This document shows positions 1 to 10,568 of a stretch of DNA of 61,625 nucleotides, in pieces. Under the pieces are notes generated by a model. It was not told the DNA's origin and did no database searches. It saw nothing but the letters and a program-made list of their open reading frames with translations. The stretch spans positions 1-61,625 of the forward strand of contig JBHLLO010000004.1 of assembly GCA_048885535.1 (NCBI GenBank), given 5' to 3'. The DNA is from Candidatus Hermodarchaeota archaeon (lineage in GTDB: Archaea; Asgardarchaeota; Lokiarchaeia; Sigyniarchaeales; SOKP01). Position numbers and translations under genes: made by a program. Every line of letters starts with the position of its first letter. The first letter of the stretch is position 1.

Positions 1-1329
1 TACTTAGCTGGACCTGGAGGCCAATATGAAGGAACACTTGCACATGAATATCAACACCTTATTCATGATGATTATCAGGCAATAAAAACACCTTTCATGA
101 ATGAAGGATGTTCAATGTTCGCTGAACTTCTATGTGGATATCCTACAGCTTGGAATGATATAAATAGTTTTTTTGCAACCCCAGATAATTCCCTTACCGA
201 ATGGGGAGACCAAGGTGGGATAAATGCCTTAGCAGATTATGGCCAGGCTTTACTTTGGGCAACTTATCTAGTTGATAATTATGGTGGAGAAATCTTAAAG
301 GATTACGTTCAAAATGGTGTTACAGGTATCCCAGGTATCGAAGCATTACTTCCTATGGGAGTAGGTTTCGATGATGTTTATCGTGATTGGACATTGGCAA
401 ACTTTATGCGAACAGGTTATACAAGTATTGATTTTAATGATAAAGCATCAAATGATATAAGGGTTTATGAAGTAAAGAATAAATGGCCTACCAATGTTTA
501 TGGGACTGATTTTGGCAACACTATTACAATACTTGGTTATGACACAGGAATCTCAATGACTGGCTCATACGGGACAGACTATATACTACTAAGTAAATTA
601 AAATGGCAATATTCATCTGAATTATGGTTTGATGGAGCAGACACTGCTTGGCGACCACATTGGGATAAAGATGGAACTGCTTGGTATTCTGGTCCGTCTT
701 CAGCGCTAAACGCTTTAAATCTCTTCTTCGATTTCGATGCAACTGGAGTTTCCAGTTTATCTTTTGATACTCAATATATAATCGAAACTGGTTGGGACTT
801 TGGAGCTGTCCAAATTTCCACTGATGGGGGAATGACTTGGACATCGCTAGAAAATGATTATACAACTGATGTACATCAAGGTACTCATCCAGATATTATA
901 GAGAATCTTCCTGGATTAACAGGTATCAGCGATGGCTGGATATCTATGAGCTTTGATATAAGTGCTTATTCAGGACCTGCAACAATTCGCTTCCGTTATA
1001 TGACAGATTGGGGTACTCAATGGGATGGTTGGTGGATAGATAATATAGCTTTAGACGGAGGTCTAATAAGTGAAGACGACTTCTATACAGATTATGATCC
1101 GCCTTTAACCAGCTTTATTGTAAGTGTTCTAAGACAGGACTTCTGGGATGGAGAATATTATTACAATTTAATAGCTGAGTTCGATGTATCTGGACCTAAT
1201 GAGTTTGTCTTAGATTTAGCAGATTTTCTTTCATCTCCAGGTGAAGATCTTCGTTATCCTGATGTAGTTTTAGCTATAACTCCTCGAGTTGGAATAGCAG
1301 ATTATTCATTCTCGGTAGTTCGTACATAA
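1..1329 (+). CDS. Secreted-type zinc metallopeptidase (immune inhibitor A/M6-M30-like), 5' truncated by window
   Basis: Frame is open from base 1: ...GTLAHEYQHLIH...FMNEGCS (HExxH plus downstream NEG zinc ligand); C-terminal beta-sandwich YIIETGWDFGAVQISTDGG..FRYMTD..GWWIDNI typical of InhA-like proteins. Confidence 0.75.
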   Translation, partial: YLAGPGGQYEGTLAHEYQHLIHDDYQAIKTPFMNEGCSMFAELLCGYPTAWNDINSFFATPDNSLTEWGDQGGINALADYGQALLWATYLVDNYGGEILKDYVQNGVTGIPGIEALLPMGVGFDDVYRDWTLANFMRTGYTSIDFNDKASNDIRVYEVKNKWPTNVYGTDFGNTITILGYDTGISMTGSYGTDYILLSKLKWQYSSELWFDGADTAWRPHWDKDGTAWYSGPSSALNALNLFFDFDATGVSSLSFDTQYIIETGWDFGAVQISTDGGMTWTSLENDYTTDVHQGTHPDIIENLPGLTGISDGWISMSFDISAYSGPATIRFRYMTDWGTQWDGWWIDNIALDGGLISEDDFYTDYDPPLTSFIVSVLRQDFWDGEYYYNLIAEFDVSGPNEFVLDLADFLSSPGEDLRYPDVVLAITPRVGIADYSFSVVRT

Positions 1330-1370
1330 AAATGAATAGGATGATTTTAAAATTTTAAAATTCTTTTTTT

Positions 1371-2177
1371 TTAATCTATTATATTGGAAATTTTTAATTT
1401 TAGACTATCTTCAGCAGCAATAATATTCTTTATTATCGTTTTATTTCTTAATTTCTCAATTTGACTAGGTACAAAATTATTTTTCGAGACTTGAGAATCC
1501 ATATATGCTCCAAAATGAGTAATGATTAATCCGTCCAAAGGTGGTTCTATTCTATTTAAATAGGGAATTACTTCATCAGTACATAAATGTCGGCGGCATT
1601 TTATTGAGTTAGGTCTTAATAAGTTTAAAACAAGAATATTTACTCCAGCAAATTGTTCTGAAAATCCATTGAATACTGTGGTATCACTTGTGAATGCTAT
1701 AGAATAGTCAGTAAGGTTAAATCTAATCCCAAATCCTTCCATATTGGGAGAATGAATAACTTTAGTTCCGATTATCTCAACATTTTTAAAAATGTATTTA
1801 TCACCAATTTTGAATGGTACAATTTTTTCAAGCATGTTTAAATGATAATCTGAAACAAACGTTAGGACTTCTTTAGTTGTTATTAATGTGCCCTTTTTAT
1901 AATAGTTATAATTCTTATCATGTAAGATTTCTCTTGAACTTTCTATTAGAGCTGCTAAATCGTTATAATGATCAACATGTGCATGAGTTACAATAAATAA
2001 CTCTGTTTTGGTTGGATTTTCTCCGTATTGATTAAGCCGCACGACAGCACCGGGACCAGGATCTAAATGAGCTTGAGTTCTATTAAACTTGTATAGAATC
2101 CCACCTGTAGCTCTGTATTGGGTTCTGATATGATGTCTCCCTCCACCAGAGCCAAGAATTACTAGTTCATCATCCAT
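1371..2177 (-). CDS. MBL-fold metallo-hydrolase (PhnP/RNase Z-like)
   Basis: ILGSGGG, DPGPG, THAHVDH (HxHxDH), FTSDT, ITHF motifs. Confidence 0.85.
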   Translation of the reverse strand: MDDELVILGSGGGRHHIRTQYRATGGILYKFNRTQAHLDPGPGAVVRLNQYGENPTKTELFIVTHAHVDHYNDLAALIESSREILHDKNYNYYKKGTLITTKEVLTFVSDYHLNMLEKIVPFKIGDKYIFKNVEIIGTKVIHSPNMEGFGIRFNLTDYSIAFTSDTTVFNGFSEQFAGVNILVLNLLRPNSIKCRRHLCTDEVIPYLNRIEPPLDGLIITHFGAYMDSQVSKNNFVPSQIEKLRNKTIIKNIIAAEDSLKLKISNIID

Positions 2178-2230
2178 TTTTTTTAAAAAATAAAAATAGA
2201 TTAGTTATAGAAATAAATAAATCATGAAAT

Positions 2231-2758
2231 CTAATATTTACTTTTTCTCATTAATTCTTTAGCAATCGATTCAAATACTAGATCAACATTATAACCTGTT
2301 TTTGAGGAAGTTTTAATGTACTCCATCATATTAAAGGTATTTTTGATATCTAAAGCAGTATCATCATCCATAGCGATAGCATCCTCAAGGTCTAATTTAG
2401 TGCCGACAAGAATAATAGGGAGATCGATATCATGTAATCTAACTATATTCACCCAGTTCAATACATGACTCATTTTAGGCATTATGGTTAGATCCATTAA
2501 GAGGAGTGCGCCTCTTGCACCCATTACAAAATTACTTAGTAAATGTCTGAACCTTTCTTGACCACCCAAATCCCATAATTGTAATGAGCAATTTCCTTCT
2601 TCTAGAGAAATTTCCTTAAGGCAAAAGTCGACACCAATGGTAGTTATAGTAGATTCATCAAAAATTCCATCTACATATCTTCTTAGCAAAGCTGTTTTGC
2701 CTACACCACCATCTCCTGCAACAAGTAGCTTGAATACGAAATTTCTCACTAACATCAT
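2231..2758 (-). CDS. Ras-superfamily (Rab-like) small GTPase
   Basis: G1 GDGGVGKT, G2 TIGVDF, G3 WDLGGQERF, G4 GTKLD, G5 TSSK; no C-terminal prenylation cysteines. Confidence 0.92.
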   Translation of the reverse strand: MMLVRNFVFKLLVAGDGGVGKTALLRRYVDGIFDESTITTIGVDFCLKEISLEEGNCSLQLWDLGGQERFRHLLSNFVMGARGALLLMDLTIMPKMSHVLNWVNIVRLHDIDLPIILVGTKLDLEDAIAMDDDTALDIKNTFNMMEYIKTSSKTGYNVDLVFESIAKELMRKSKY

Positions 2759-2865
2759 TAAATAAGATTAATTTATGATTTTTTTTTGAGACATGATATA
2801 ATCTAATTAATATATCACAAAAAAATTAACAATTTTATATTTTAATATAATATTAACCTATTATT

Positions 2866-5121
2866 TTAGGATTGGAATTCCTTTAATACAAATTTATCAA
2901 TTTCAGTAAGTAGCTGTTTTAATTCTCTATTGAGAATTTTCTGTAACTTCATCTTTGAGGGAATCTGTTTTAAGGTTCTAATAAAATTTTTGTAAATTCG
3001 TTCAGAAATAATTTGTCCCTTTTTTCCTAAATTTGCTAGAATCCTATGATTTTCATTGTCTGTGTTAAACTTCTTTATAGGATTATCTAAAGGAATTTTA
3101 AATATATGTCTTGAACTCTTTTTAATTTTAACTTGTTTATTGATTAAAGGAGAATTTAGAATTGCTGATAAATAGTAAGCCTCTTCAAGAGTTTGAGTAT
3201 CATAAAAACACAAATCTCCTGTAATTAAATAATCTCCTTGGATAACTGCTGAATTTAGAACTGCTCCAGAATTATTATATATAACTTTTATTTTCGCTTT
3301 TTGTCGATTAGTTATTAATTTAGACCAACGATTCAAATTATCCATTAATGAATTATTTTTAGTTGTATCTTTTTTGTATTTCAAATAAATCCGGTTAATT
3401 TTTTCATAAAACCTTTTGGCATTTTCTGATAATTCTTGATAATTAAAACTCAAATCTTTCTTTGATATTGGTAAAAAAACTTGATAAGAATCATATATAA
3501 AAAACTTAACTAACTCTGTGCTTTTTACTACTTTAAAAATATATTGACTCTCAATTATTTCATTCGTAAATTCAATTTTATTCCAAGGCGCTTTTGCCCT
3601 TTTAAAAATCTTTTCTTCTGGATTGATTTTAACTAATGAATCTTTATAATTTTTACACCTTACAAAAATCAAATTACGGGGATTTAAGTCTGCTCCTTTA
3701 TGAAATAGTTTCTTGTAGCTACTAGGTTTAATGGGTAATAACTTTTTAAATTCTTCCTTAGAAACTAACTTATGGATATAGATTTTATCTCCTTTTTTTT
3801 CAATATGATATGGAATGAAAACTTTTTTACTTTTCAATGTTATCTCAACATTTTCAAAATAATTGATATTATTCTGGCTATTATGTAAAATGAAATAGTA
3901 AACAGGAACTTCAAGACTTCTATTGCGGGTTTCATAATTAGATTTTCTCGCATATAAGCAAATAAAATCAATGTTAAATATTTTTTTGATTCTAGGACCA
4001 AATGTCCACATCTTTAAATCCTTAAATCCTTCAAAATTACGAAAACGAGAAGCATGGGAACCATTAATAATTCCTTTAGTTATTACAAAAAAAATTTTTG
4101 AGTTTTTTTTCATATAGGAAGTCTTAGCTTTATAAAAGAATAGAGATGATATTTCAATATTTAAAACATTTTTTGGCCTTGGCTTGATCCTTAATTTTTC
4201 TGCCAAGGATTTTATTTTATTTTGATAGTCAATTGATTCGATATCTCTTAAAGTATACCAAGGAGGATTTCCAATCACTAAATCAAACTTTTCATTATGA
4301 ATAGATTCTCCTGGGAATAGAGAATCCATTATAAAGAGATTCAATTTTACTTTGGTAATATCTTCGCGTAGTAATAATAAGAAATTAATTTTTGCTAAGA
4401 ATATCGAAATTGGATTAATATCGTATCCATACAGGTTATTGATAGCTAGATTTATTTCACTTTCTGATTTATTTGATTGAAGGATATCTTTTAGGATTTC
4501 AATTAAAAAGTTAGCAGAACCGCAACTTGGATCGAGCACTTTTTCTCCAAACTTGTAAGAACCATCAACCATCTTCTTTGTTAAAAATTTTGGAGTATAA
4601 AATTCTCCAGATTTATGTCTAATAAATTTTGATAAATAATTTTGAATAAGAAAGTCAAAGACGTATTCTAGAGGTATATCTAACGTGAAGATTTCTGTCT
4701 CAACAAAACTTAAAATGTCCTGGTAAAGAGTAGTGTTAAAATCCTCAAAAATTTGAAAGATGGGATGGAAATAATCATCTCTAAGAATTATTTCTTTGTG
4801 ATATCTTGTTCTAATTTTTTCCTTCAAGTCATTAAATTTCTTTATTGTAAATTCTTTTAAGTTAATAGACATCCGATTATTAAAAATGAACTTCAAAACC
4901 AAGAGATATCCTAAGTAATATAATAAACCGAGGAAGAGATACAAACGTAAATTTGTAAGTCTACTTCCATAAACTTGAGTGAAATAATATTTCCAATTAT
5001 TATATTGATCAGTTTTTCTAACACTTTTGATCTCTGAGATTTTTTCAAAATTGCTTAAAATGTGTTCTAATTTTTTAGGATTAGTATTCAAACTTTTATT
5101 TAAAGTTAAAGGATCAGCCAC
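2866..5121 (-). CDS. N6-adenine DNA methyltransferase (N-6 DNA methylase/Eco57I-like) with C-terminal TRD-like region
   Basis: GEFYTP, VLDPSCGSANF (motif I), GYDINP, IGNPPW (motif IV), YLSAILNS; GTG start after GGAG. Confidence 0.85.
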   Translation of the reverse strand: MADPLTLNKSLNTNPKKLEHILSNFEKISEIKSVRKTDQYNNWKYYFTQVYGSRLTNLRLYLFLGLLYYLGYLLVLKFIFNNRMSINLKEFTIKKFNDLKEKIRTRYHKEIILRDDYFHPIFQIFEDFNTTLYQDILSFVETEIFTLDIPLEYVFDFLIQNYLSKFIRHKSGEFYTPKFLTKKMVDGSYKFGEKVLDPSCGSANFLIEILKDILQSNKSESEINLAINNLYGYDINPISIFLAKINFLLLLREDITKVKLNLFIMDSLFPGESIHNEKFDLVIGNPPWYTLRDIESIDYQNKIKSLAEKLRIKPRPKNVLNIEISSLFFYKAKTSYMKKNSKIFFVITKGIINGSHASRFRNFEGFKDLKMWTFGPRIKKIFNIDFICLYARKSNYETRNRSLEVPVYYFILHNSQNNINYFENVEITLKSKKVFIPYHIEKKGDKIYIHKLVSKEEFKKLLPIKPSSYKKLFHKGADLNPRNLIFVRCKNYKDSLVKINPEEKIFKRAKAPWNKIEFTNEIIESQYIFKVVKSTELVKFFIYDSYQVFLPISKKDLSFNYQELSENAKRFYEKINRIYLKYKKDTTKNNSLMDNLNRWSKLITNRQKAKIKVIYNNSGAVLNSAVIQGDYLITGDLCFYDTQTLEEAYYLSAILNSPLINKQVKIKKSSRHIFKIPLDNPIKKFNTDNENHRILANLGKKGQIISERIYKNFIRTLKQIPSKMKLQKILNRELKQLLTEIDKFVLKEFQS

Positions 5122-5234
5122 TAGTTTAACTCCTTGTTGTGTAAATAATCAATGAATTAATATTTAATTTTAAATTTATTTTTCCTATATTTATGTATTA
5201 ATTAAAATTAATTTTTATTTCAAATATTCGTGTT

Positions 5235-5837
5235 TTGACATCTACAGAAATAAAAATTTCTAAGTTCTTAGAAAAAGGAATTGAATTTTCCTGTCAAATG
5301 TGTGGAGATTGCTGTAGAGGATTAAAAGAGGGTGAGGTGTATCTTTTTAAAGCTGATATAATACGATTAGCGCATCATCTTAATTTAAAAGGAGATCAAG
5401 AGTATAGATCATTCGTAAAGAAGTATCTTAAAATAATTGAGGATTCTTTTTTTTGGAGAGCTCCGAATGTGAAGAGAGGAAAAACATATAAATTTAAAAC
5501 TTTAGCATTTAAGTTTACAGGTAAGGATGAACATTGTCATTTTTTGATAGATAATGTTTGTTCTGTCCATGAGGCACGACCTTTTCAATGTAGATGTTTT
5601 CCATTTTGGAAAATGATGGTTACAAACAAGAAGAATCTCCTTGACTATTCAAAGAAATGTAAAGGCTTAAGGTTGTTAAAAGGACGTTTCTATACTAAAG
5701 AAGAGATCTTAGACTGGGCGAGGAAAGAATATAAAATAGAAAAAGAATATTTTTTAGAGATAAAAAAACATAATTTTAATATTTTGGGGGTTTATCCCTT
5801 TCTTACTCAAGAAATAATTGAAGAATTGGAAAAATGA
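5235..5837 (+). CDS. YkgJ family CxxCxxCC zinc/Fe-S cluster protein
   Basis: FSCQMCGDCC ... CHFL..NVCSVHEARPFQCRCFPFW. Confidence 0.85.
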   Translation: MTSTEIKISKFLEKGIEFSCQMCGDCCRGLKEGEVYLFKADIIRLAHHLNLKGDQEYRSFVKKYLKIIEDSFFWRAPNVKRGKTYKFKTLAFKFTGKDEHCHFLIDNVCSVHEARPFQCRCFPFWKMMVTNKKNLLDYSKKCKGLRLLKGRFYTKEEILDWARKEYKIEKEYFLEIKKHNFNILGVYPFLTQEIIEELEK

Positions 5838-5838
5838 A

Positions 5839-6492
5839 ATGGAGTTAAATATACTTATTTCGTTTATTTCAGGATTAATAATTGGTTTATCTCCATGTAT
5901 TTTATTAATTATTAGTGTGTTTGGAACTAGTTTAATCGTCATTCAAGAAAAAAGTAAATATTTAAAAATTGTCGGTGGATTAATATCTGGTATAATTCTT
6001 GCATATATCATAGTGTCTGTTCTCCTTTTCTATTTAATCAATTTTTTAAATATTTTCTCGTATTTTAGGTATTTTTTCTTTGGAATTTTAATTTTTATAG
6101 GAGTTTGGCAGTTAATAGAAAGCAAAAAGGAAAAAAGTCTTATTTATCAAACTCCCTCTAAAGTAAAGCTAACAATGAAAAGGTTCATTGAAAAGAATTC
6201 AGGGTTTTATGCTTTTCTAGTAGGTATTATTTTCATTTTAATAAAATTACCTTGTATGGCAGCAATATATTCCACCCTCATTTATAATCTTTATCTAAAT
6301 GTTTATTTAATATTTTGTATAATTATGTATTTTGTTGGAATGCTTGTTCCAATGACAATCTTCTTCATTTTAATTCGGCTTGGGTTGGAATCTTCACGAA
6401 TTAATGAGATCAGGCTTAAATATAGACCTTATCTAAGAATCATAAGTGCCGTAACTTTAATTATTTTAGCGATTTATCTATTGTTTTTTTAA
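5839..6492 (+). CDS. CcdA/DsbD-type cytochrome c biogenesis membrane thiol-disulfide transporter
   Basis: Six hydrophobic segments with GLSPC and KLPC cysteines; ATG at 5839 just after upstream stop preferred over 5818. Confidence 0.7.
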   Translation: MELNILISFISGLIIGLSPCILLIISVFGTSLIVIQEKSKYLKIVGGLISGIILAYIIVSVLLFYLINFLNIFSYFRYFFFGILIFIGVWQLIESKKEKSLIYQTPSKVKLTMKRFIEKNSGFYAFLVGIIFILIKLPCMAAIYSTLIYNLYLNVYLIFCIIMYFVGMLVPMTIFFILIRLGLESSRINEIRLKYRPYLRIISAVTLIILAIYLLFF

Positions 6493-6634
6493 AAAATATT
6501 AAATATAATAAATAATAAGCAAGAAATCAGCGTTCTTTATATTTGGGAAAAGTTAAGATTAATTTATTTAACTCATTAGCATTAATTAGTAGAATTGTTT
6601 TTTAATCGTAATATTGCGTAAATTCATACCTATT

Positions 6635-6640
6635 AGGTGA
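6635..6640 (+). promoter_or_regulatory. Archaeal Shine-Dalgarno AGGTGA 6 nt before CTG start of hdrA
   Basis: aggtga-ttaaaa-CTG; same 6-nt spacing before TTG starts at 43382 and 60350. Confidence 0.7.
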
Positions 6641-6646
6641 TTAAAA

Positions 6647-9046
6647 CTGAAAATTGGATTATTTATCTGTGATTGTGGAAAAAATATTAGTGGTACCATT
6701 GAAAATAAAAAACTAATTGATTACTTCTCTAAATATTCTGATGTAATAGTTATTGGAGATCAATATTTATGCTCTGAGACGGGATTAAACAAAGTTATTG
6801 AACAAATAAAAGAAAATAATATTGATCGTGTTGTCATTGCGGCATGTTCATTTAAATTGCATGGATTACTATTTCGAAAAACTATTGAAAAAGCTGGAAT
6901 AAATAGGTTTCTAATATCTTTTGCCAATATCCGCGAACAAAATTCTTGGGTACATAGTAATGAACCTAAAAAAGCAACGAGAAAGGCAATAGATCAAATA
7001 AGTATGGCGATAGAGCAAGTAAAGCTTCTAGAACCCTTAGAAGTTCAATATTCGGATGTAATTCCCTCAACTCTAATTATTGGTGGAGGGATTGCTGGTA
7101 TTAAGGCTGCTTTAGTTATTGCTAATGCAGGTTATAATGTATATTTAGTTGAGAAAGATTTAACTATAGGGGGTCATATGGCTTTATTTGACAAAACTTT
7201 TCCAACACTTGATTGTTCAATTTGTATTCTTGGACCTTTGATGAGTGAAATTAAAGATCACCCTAAGGTAACGCTCTATAGTTACTCTGAAATTGAAAAA
7301 GTAGAAGGATATGTAGGGAATTTTGATATCTCTGTTATAAAAAAACCTCGGTTTATAGTAGAAGAAAATTGTGTAGGATGTTTTGATATTTGTAGAGAAG
7401 TTTGCCCCATTGATGTGAATGAGACATTTTTTCCTCGAAAAGCAATAGATGTTCCATATCCCCAGGCAATTCCCCTCTTTCCAAATATTTTAGAAGATCA
7501 TTGTATAGGTTGCAAGGCGTGTGCTCAAGCCTGCGATCGAGACGCTATTGATTTTGAACAAACTGAAGAACAAATAAAATTTAAAGTAGGATCTATAATT
7601 GTAGCAACAGGTTTTAAAACATTTGATCCAACATTACTTGGAGAGCTTAATTATGTTAAATATCCTGATGTAATTACAACTTTACAAATGGAACGTATGC
7701 TAAATAATGATGGCCCTACTCGAGGGAGAATTGTAAGACCTTCAAATGGAAAAACCCCGAAAAAAGTATCTTTTGTGTTATGTGTTGGATCACGGAATCA
7801 AGTAATTCATCATGATTACTGTAGTCAAGTATGTTGCAACGTAGCGATTAAAGAAGCAATCTTAATGAAGAAGGAACACCCCGAAATTAAAATTACTATT
7901 TATTATAACGATATCAGAGCTATAGGTAAGAATTGTGAAGAATTTTATAATAGAGCTCGGGAAGATTTTGGGATTAGATTTATTAAGAGTAATATTTCCG
8001 CTATTTTAAAAAGGGATATCTCAGAAGAAAGTGAATTAATCATACGTGGGGAAGATGTAATTGAAGGTATGTTATTTGAGAATCAAACAGATTTAGTTAT
8101 TTTAGCAGTTGGAATGGAACCTGCTGAAGATACAGATAAATTGAGTAAAATTTTAAATGTCTCTCAAGACACTTATGGATTTTTACTTGAAAAGCACTTA
8201 AAAATACAACCTTCCGAGACTTCCATAAATGGCATTTTTCTTGCGGGGGCAATTCAAGGACCTAAGGATATTCCAAGTAGCATAGCTCATGCAGAGAGTG
8301 CTGCCGCCAAAACAATAGCTTTAATTTCGAAAGGAAGTGTGGAATTAGATCCTCATATTGTTTATTATAATGCAGAAAGTTGTGATCTTTGTAGATTGTG
8401 CGAAGAAATTTGCATTTATAATGCAATAAAAATACAAGGGAGTAAATTAAAACTTACTCAAGCAAATTGCTCAGGATGCGGTGCCTGTGCTGCTATGTGT
8501 CACAGTGATGCATTGTATATTCCAGGGTTTAAAAAGAGCCAAATATCGGCTCAAATTAGAACAATCCTCAAAAAAGAAAAGTCAGATTACCCTCTAATCA
8601 TCGCTTTTCTATGCAACTGGTGTGCTTATATAGGAGCAGACTTAGCTGGTACAAGCAAGATTAATTACCCCTCAAATGTAAGAATAATACGCGTCATGTG
8701 CACTGCAATGTTAGATCCTGCTTTAGTTTTTGAAAGCTTTTTTTTAGGTGCTGATGGAGTGTTAATCGCTGGGTGCTACGAACAGGATTGTCATTATGAT
8801 ACAGGATTTATCAAGACAAAAACACGCTATAGCAGCATAAAGGAAATGTTAGGAGAAACTGGTATTAATGAGAAGCGTGTAAAAATAAGTAGTATTTCCG
8901 CTGGTGAAGGTGAAAAATTTGCAAAAGTTATCAGAGATTTTAAAGAAGAATTAGAAGAATTAGAACCAATAAAACCAGGAGAGTTTACTAAACCTTCAAT
9001 AGAAGAGGAAGCTGTTAGGTCAACGGCAAAATTAGACGAATTATAA
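6647..9046 (+). CDS. hdrA: Heterodisulfide reductase subunit A fused to C-terminal MvhD domain (CTG start, ~799 aa)
   Basis: In-frame upstream extension KIGLFICDCGKNI...YLCS...RVVIAACS is the HdrA N-terminus; GGGIAG FAD motif, KTFPTLDCSICI, several CxxCxxCxxxC ferredoxin motifs; MvhD AFLCNWCAY..RVMC..GC...CHY. Confidence 0.92.
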   Translation: MKIGLFICDCGKNISGTIENKKLIDYFSKYSDVIVIGDQYLCSETGLNKVIEQIKENNIDRVVIAACSFKLHGLLFRKTIEKAGINRFLISFANIREQNSWVHSNEPKKATRKAIDQISMAIEQVKLLEPLEVQYSDVIPSTLIIGGGIAGIKAALVIANAGYNVYLVEKDLTIGGHMALFDKTFPTLDCSICILGPLMSEIKDHPKVTLYSYSEIEKVEGYVGNFDISVIKKPRFIVEENCVGCFDICREVCPIDVNETFFPRKAIDVPYPQAIPLFPNILEDHCIGCKACAQACDRDAIDFEQTEEQIKFKVGSIIVATGFKTFDPTLLGELNYVKYPDVITTLQMERMLNNDGPTRGRIVRPSNGKTPKKVSFVLCVGSRNQVIHHDYCSQVCCNVAIKEAILMKKEHPEIKITIYYNDIRAIGKNCEEFYNRAREDFGIRFIKSNISAILKRDISEESELIIRGEDVIEGMLFENQTDLVILAVGMEPAEDTDKLSKILNVSQDTYGFLLEKHLKIQPSETSINGIFLAGAIQGPKDIPSSIAHAESAAAKTIALISKGSVELDPHIVYYNAESCDLCRLCEEICIYNAIKIQGSKLKLTQANCSGCGACAAMCHSDALYIPGFKKSQISAQIRTILKKEKSDYPLIIAFLCNWCAYIGADLAGTSKINYPSNVRIIRVMCTAMLDPALVFESFFLGADGVLIAGCYEQDCHYDTGFIKTKTRYSSIKEMLGETGINEKRVKISSISAGEGEKFAKVIRDFKEELEELEPIKPGEFTKPSIEEEAVRSTAKLDEL

Positions 9047-9184
9047 AATTGTACTAAGAATTACGTCTTTTAATAAGTTCTCTTTAGTATTCAAAAAATT
9101 AATCTTATAAACCTTAATAATGAAATTTCCTTATAAGTACATCAGTTAAAAATAAAAGACTATATTTTATTTAATTATTACACA

Positions 9185-10468
9185 ATGAAAATTCGAGCAA
9201 TTACAATAGGGCAAAAATTACCTTTTTTGGTAGAAGATAATGAATTACAATCCTCATTAGAGAAAAAACTTGAAACTTTTTATTCTATTAATAGAGATTT
9301 AACGAGAAGATTTAAGGATATAAATATTGATGTCCAGACTAAAAGATTGTGCTCTCAACCAATACTAACCTATGAGCAACAAGTGTATGAAAAGAATTTA
9401 AATGAGACTCTCGCACGAATCCATAACCAACTAGGTATTATAGAACAATTGATAAAAGAATATGAGATAGACTATTTTGCTGCTTGTACTGTTCTTGCAG
9501 ATATTCAAATAGAAAAGTATGGTGTGTATGAAAAGCTATTTCTCAATGAAGTTCCACAGTTTATAAAAAGAAGAGAGAAATTTTTTACTTCACTTCATGT
9601 AGCTTCAACAGATTATGGATTAAACCTGTCTGCACTAAGATCAGCAGCAAAAATCATAAAAGATCTCTCTGAACCTGACCCATTCAATAATTTGAAATTC
9701 TGTGTTAGCTCTAATGTGACTCCTGATACTCCTTTCTTTCCAGCAGCATATCATATCACTGAACGACCATCTTTCGGTCTAGCTTTAGAAATGGCAGACG
9801 AGGTTGTAAAAGCTTTTGAAGGCTCTAAAAACCTAGAGGAAGCTCAAAAAAATTTAAAAAATAGATTTAATGAAATTTATAATGATTTAATAACAATATG
9901 TGAACAAGTCGCAAAAGAATATTATATTGATTTTCACGGGCTAGATTTCTCTCCAGCTCCTTATCCTACGATTGAAAAAAGTATCGGAACAGCCTTTGAA
10001 AAGCTAGGTTATGAATATTTCGGGGCTCATGGTTCATTATTAGGAGTAGCATTAATTAAAAATGCAATTCCACGGAAGGAGAAAATAATTGGTTTTTCAG
10101 GATTTATGCCATCAGTTTTAGAAGATTATGCAATATCGAAAAGTCTTTCTGAAAATAAGTTGAATTTAGATACTTTATTGTTATATTCAACTATTTGTGG
10201 CACGGGTCTTGACTGTGTACCTTTACCTGGCGATATTACTCCAAGAGAGTTATTCTATATTCTGTTAGATATGTGTATAATTTCAATTAAATTTGATAAA
10301 CCTTTAACTGCTCGATTAATTCCTATCCCTGGCAGAGGTAGTGGAGATCCTGTAGATTTTGATTTTGAGTATTTTGCTTCATCAACAGTAATGGATATTA
10401 GAAGACTAGAAGATTCAAAAAAAGATGATATTTACTTTAGTAAAGAAAAAAGTTTTCGCTTTATGTGA
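9185..10468 (+). CDS. DUF711/UPF0210 (PFL-like fold) family protein
   Basis: MKIRAITIG, TPFFPAAYH, GLDFSPAP, GFSGFMPSVLED, STICGTGLDCVPLPGD, KPLTARLIP. Confidence 0.85.
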   Translation: MKIRAITIGQKLPFLVEDNELQSSLEKKLETFYSINRDLTRRFKDINIDVQTKRLCSQPILTYEQQVYEKNLNETLARIHNQLGIIEQLIKEYEIDYFAACTVLADIQIEKYGVYEKLFLNEVPQFIKRREKFFTSLHVASTDYGLNLSALRSAAKIIKDLSEPDPFNNLKFCVSSNVTPDTPFFPAAYHITERPSFGLALEMADEVVKAFEGSKNLEEAQKNLKNRFNEIYNDLITICEQVAKEYYIDFHGLDFSPAPYPTIEKSIGTAFEKLGYEYFGAHGSLLGVALIKNAIPRKEKIIGFSGFMPSVLEDYAISKSLSENKLNLDTLLLYSTICGTGLDCVPLPGDITPRELFYILLDMCIISIKFDKPLTARLIPIPGRGSGDPVDFDFEYFASSTVMDIRRLEDSKKDDIYFSKEKSFRFM

Positions 10469-10568
10469 ATTTTATAAGATAATACGTTTTTCATAATAAG
10501 TTTTAAAATGAAACTATACTAGATTTCATAGAAATAAAATAATTATCAAAATTTAGTTAATTAAAAGA

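Noticed and set aside
6647-9046. Possible selenoprotein HdrA/MvhD as reported for Lokiarchaeia
   Set aside because: No in-frame TGA in the coding region; the relevant positions are Cys codons.
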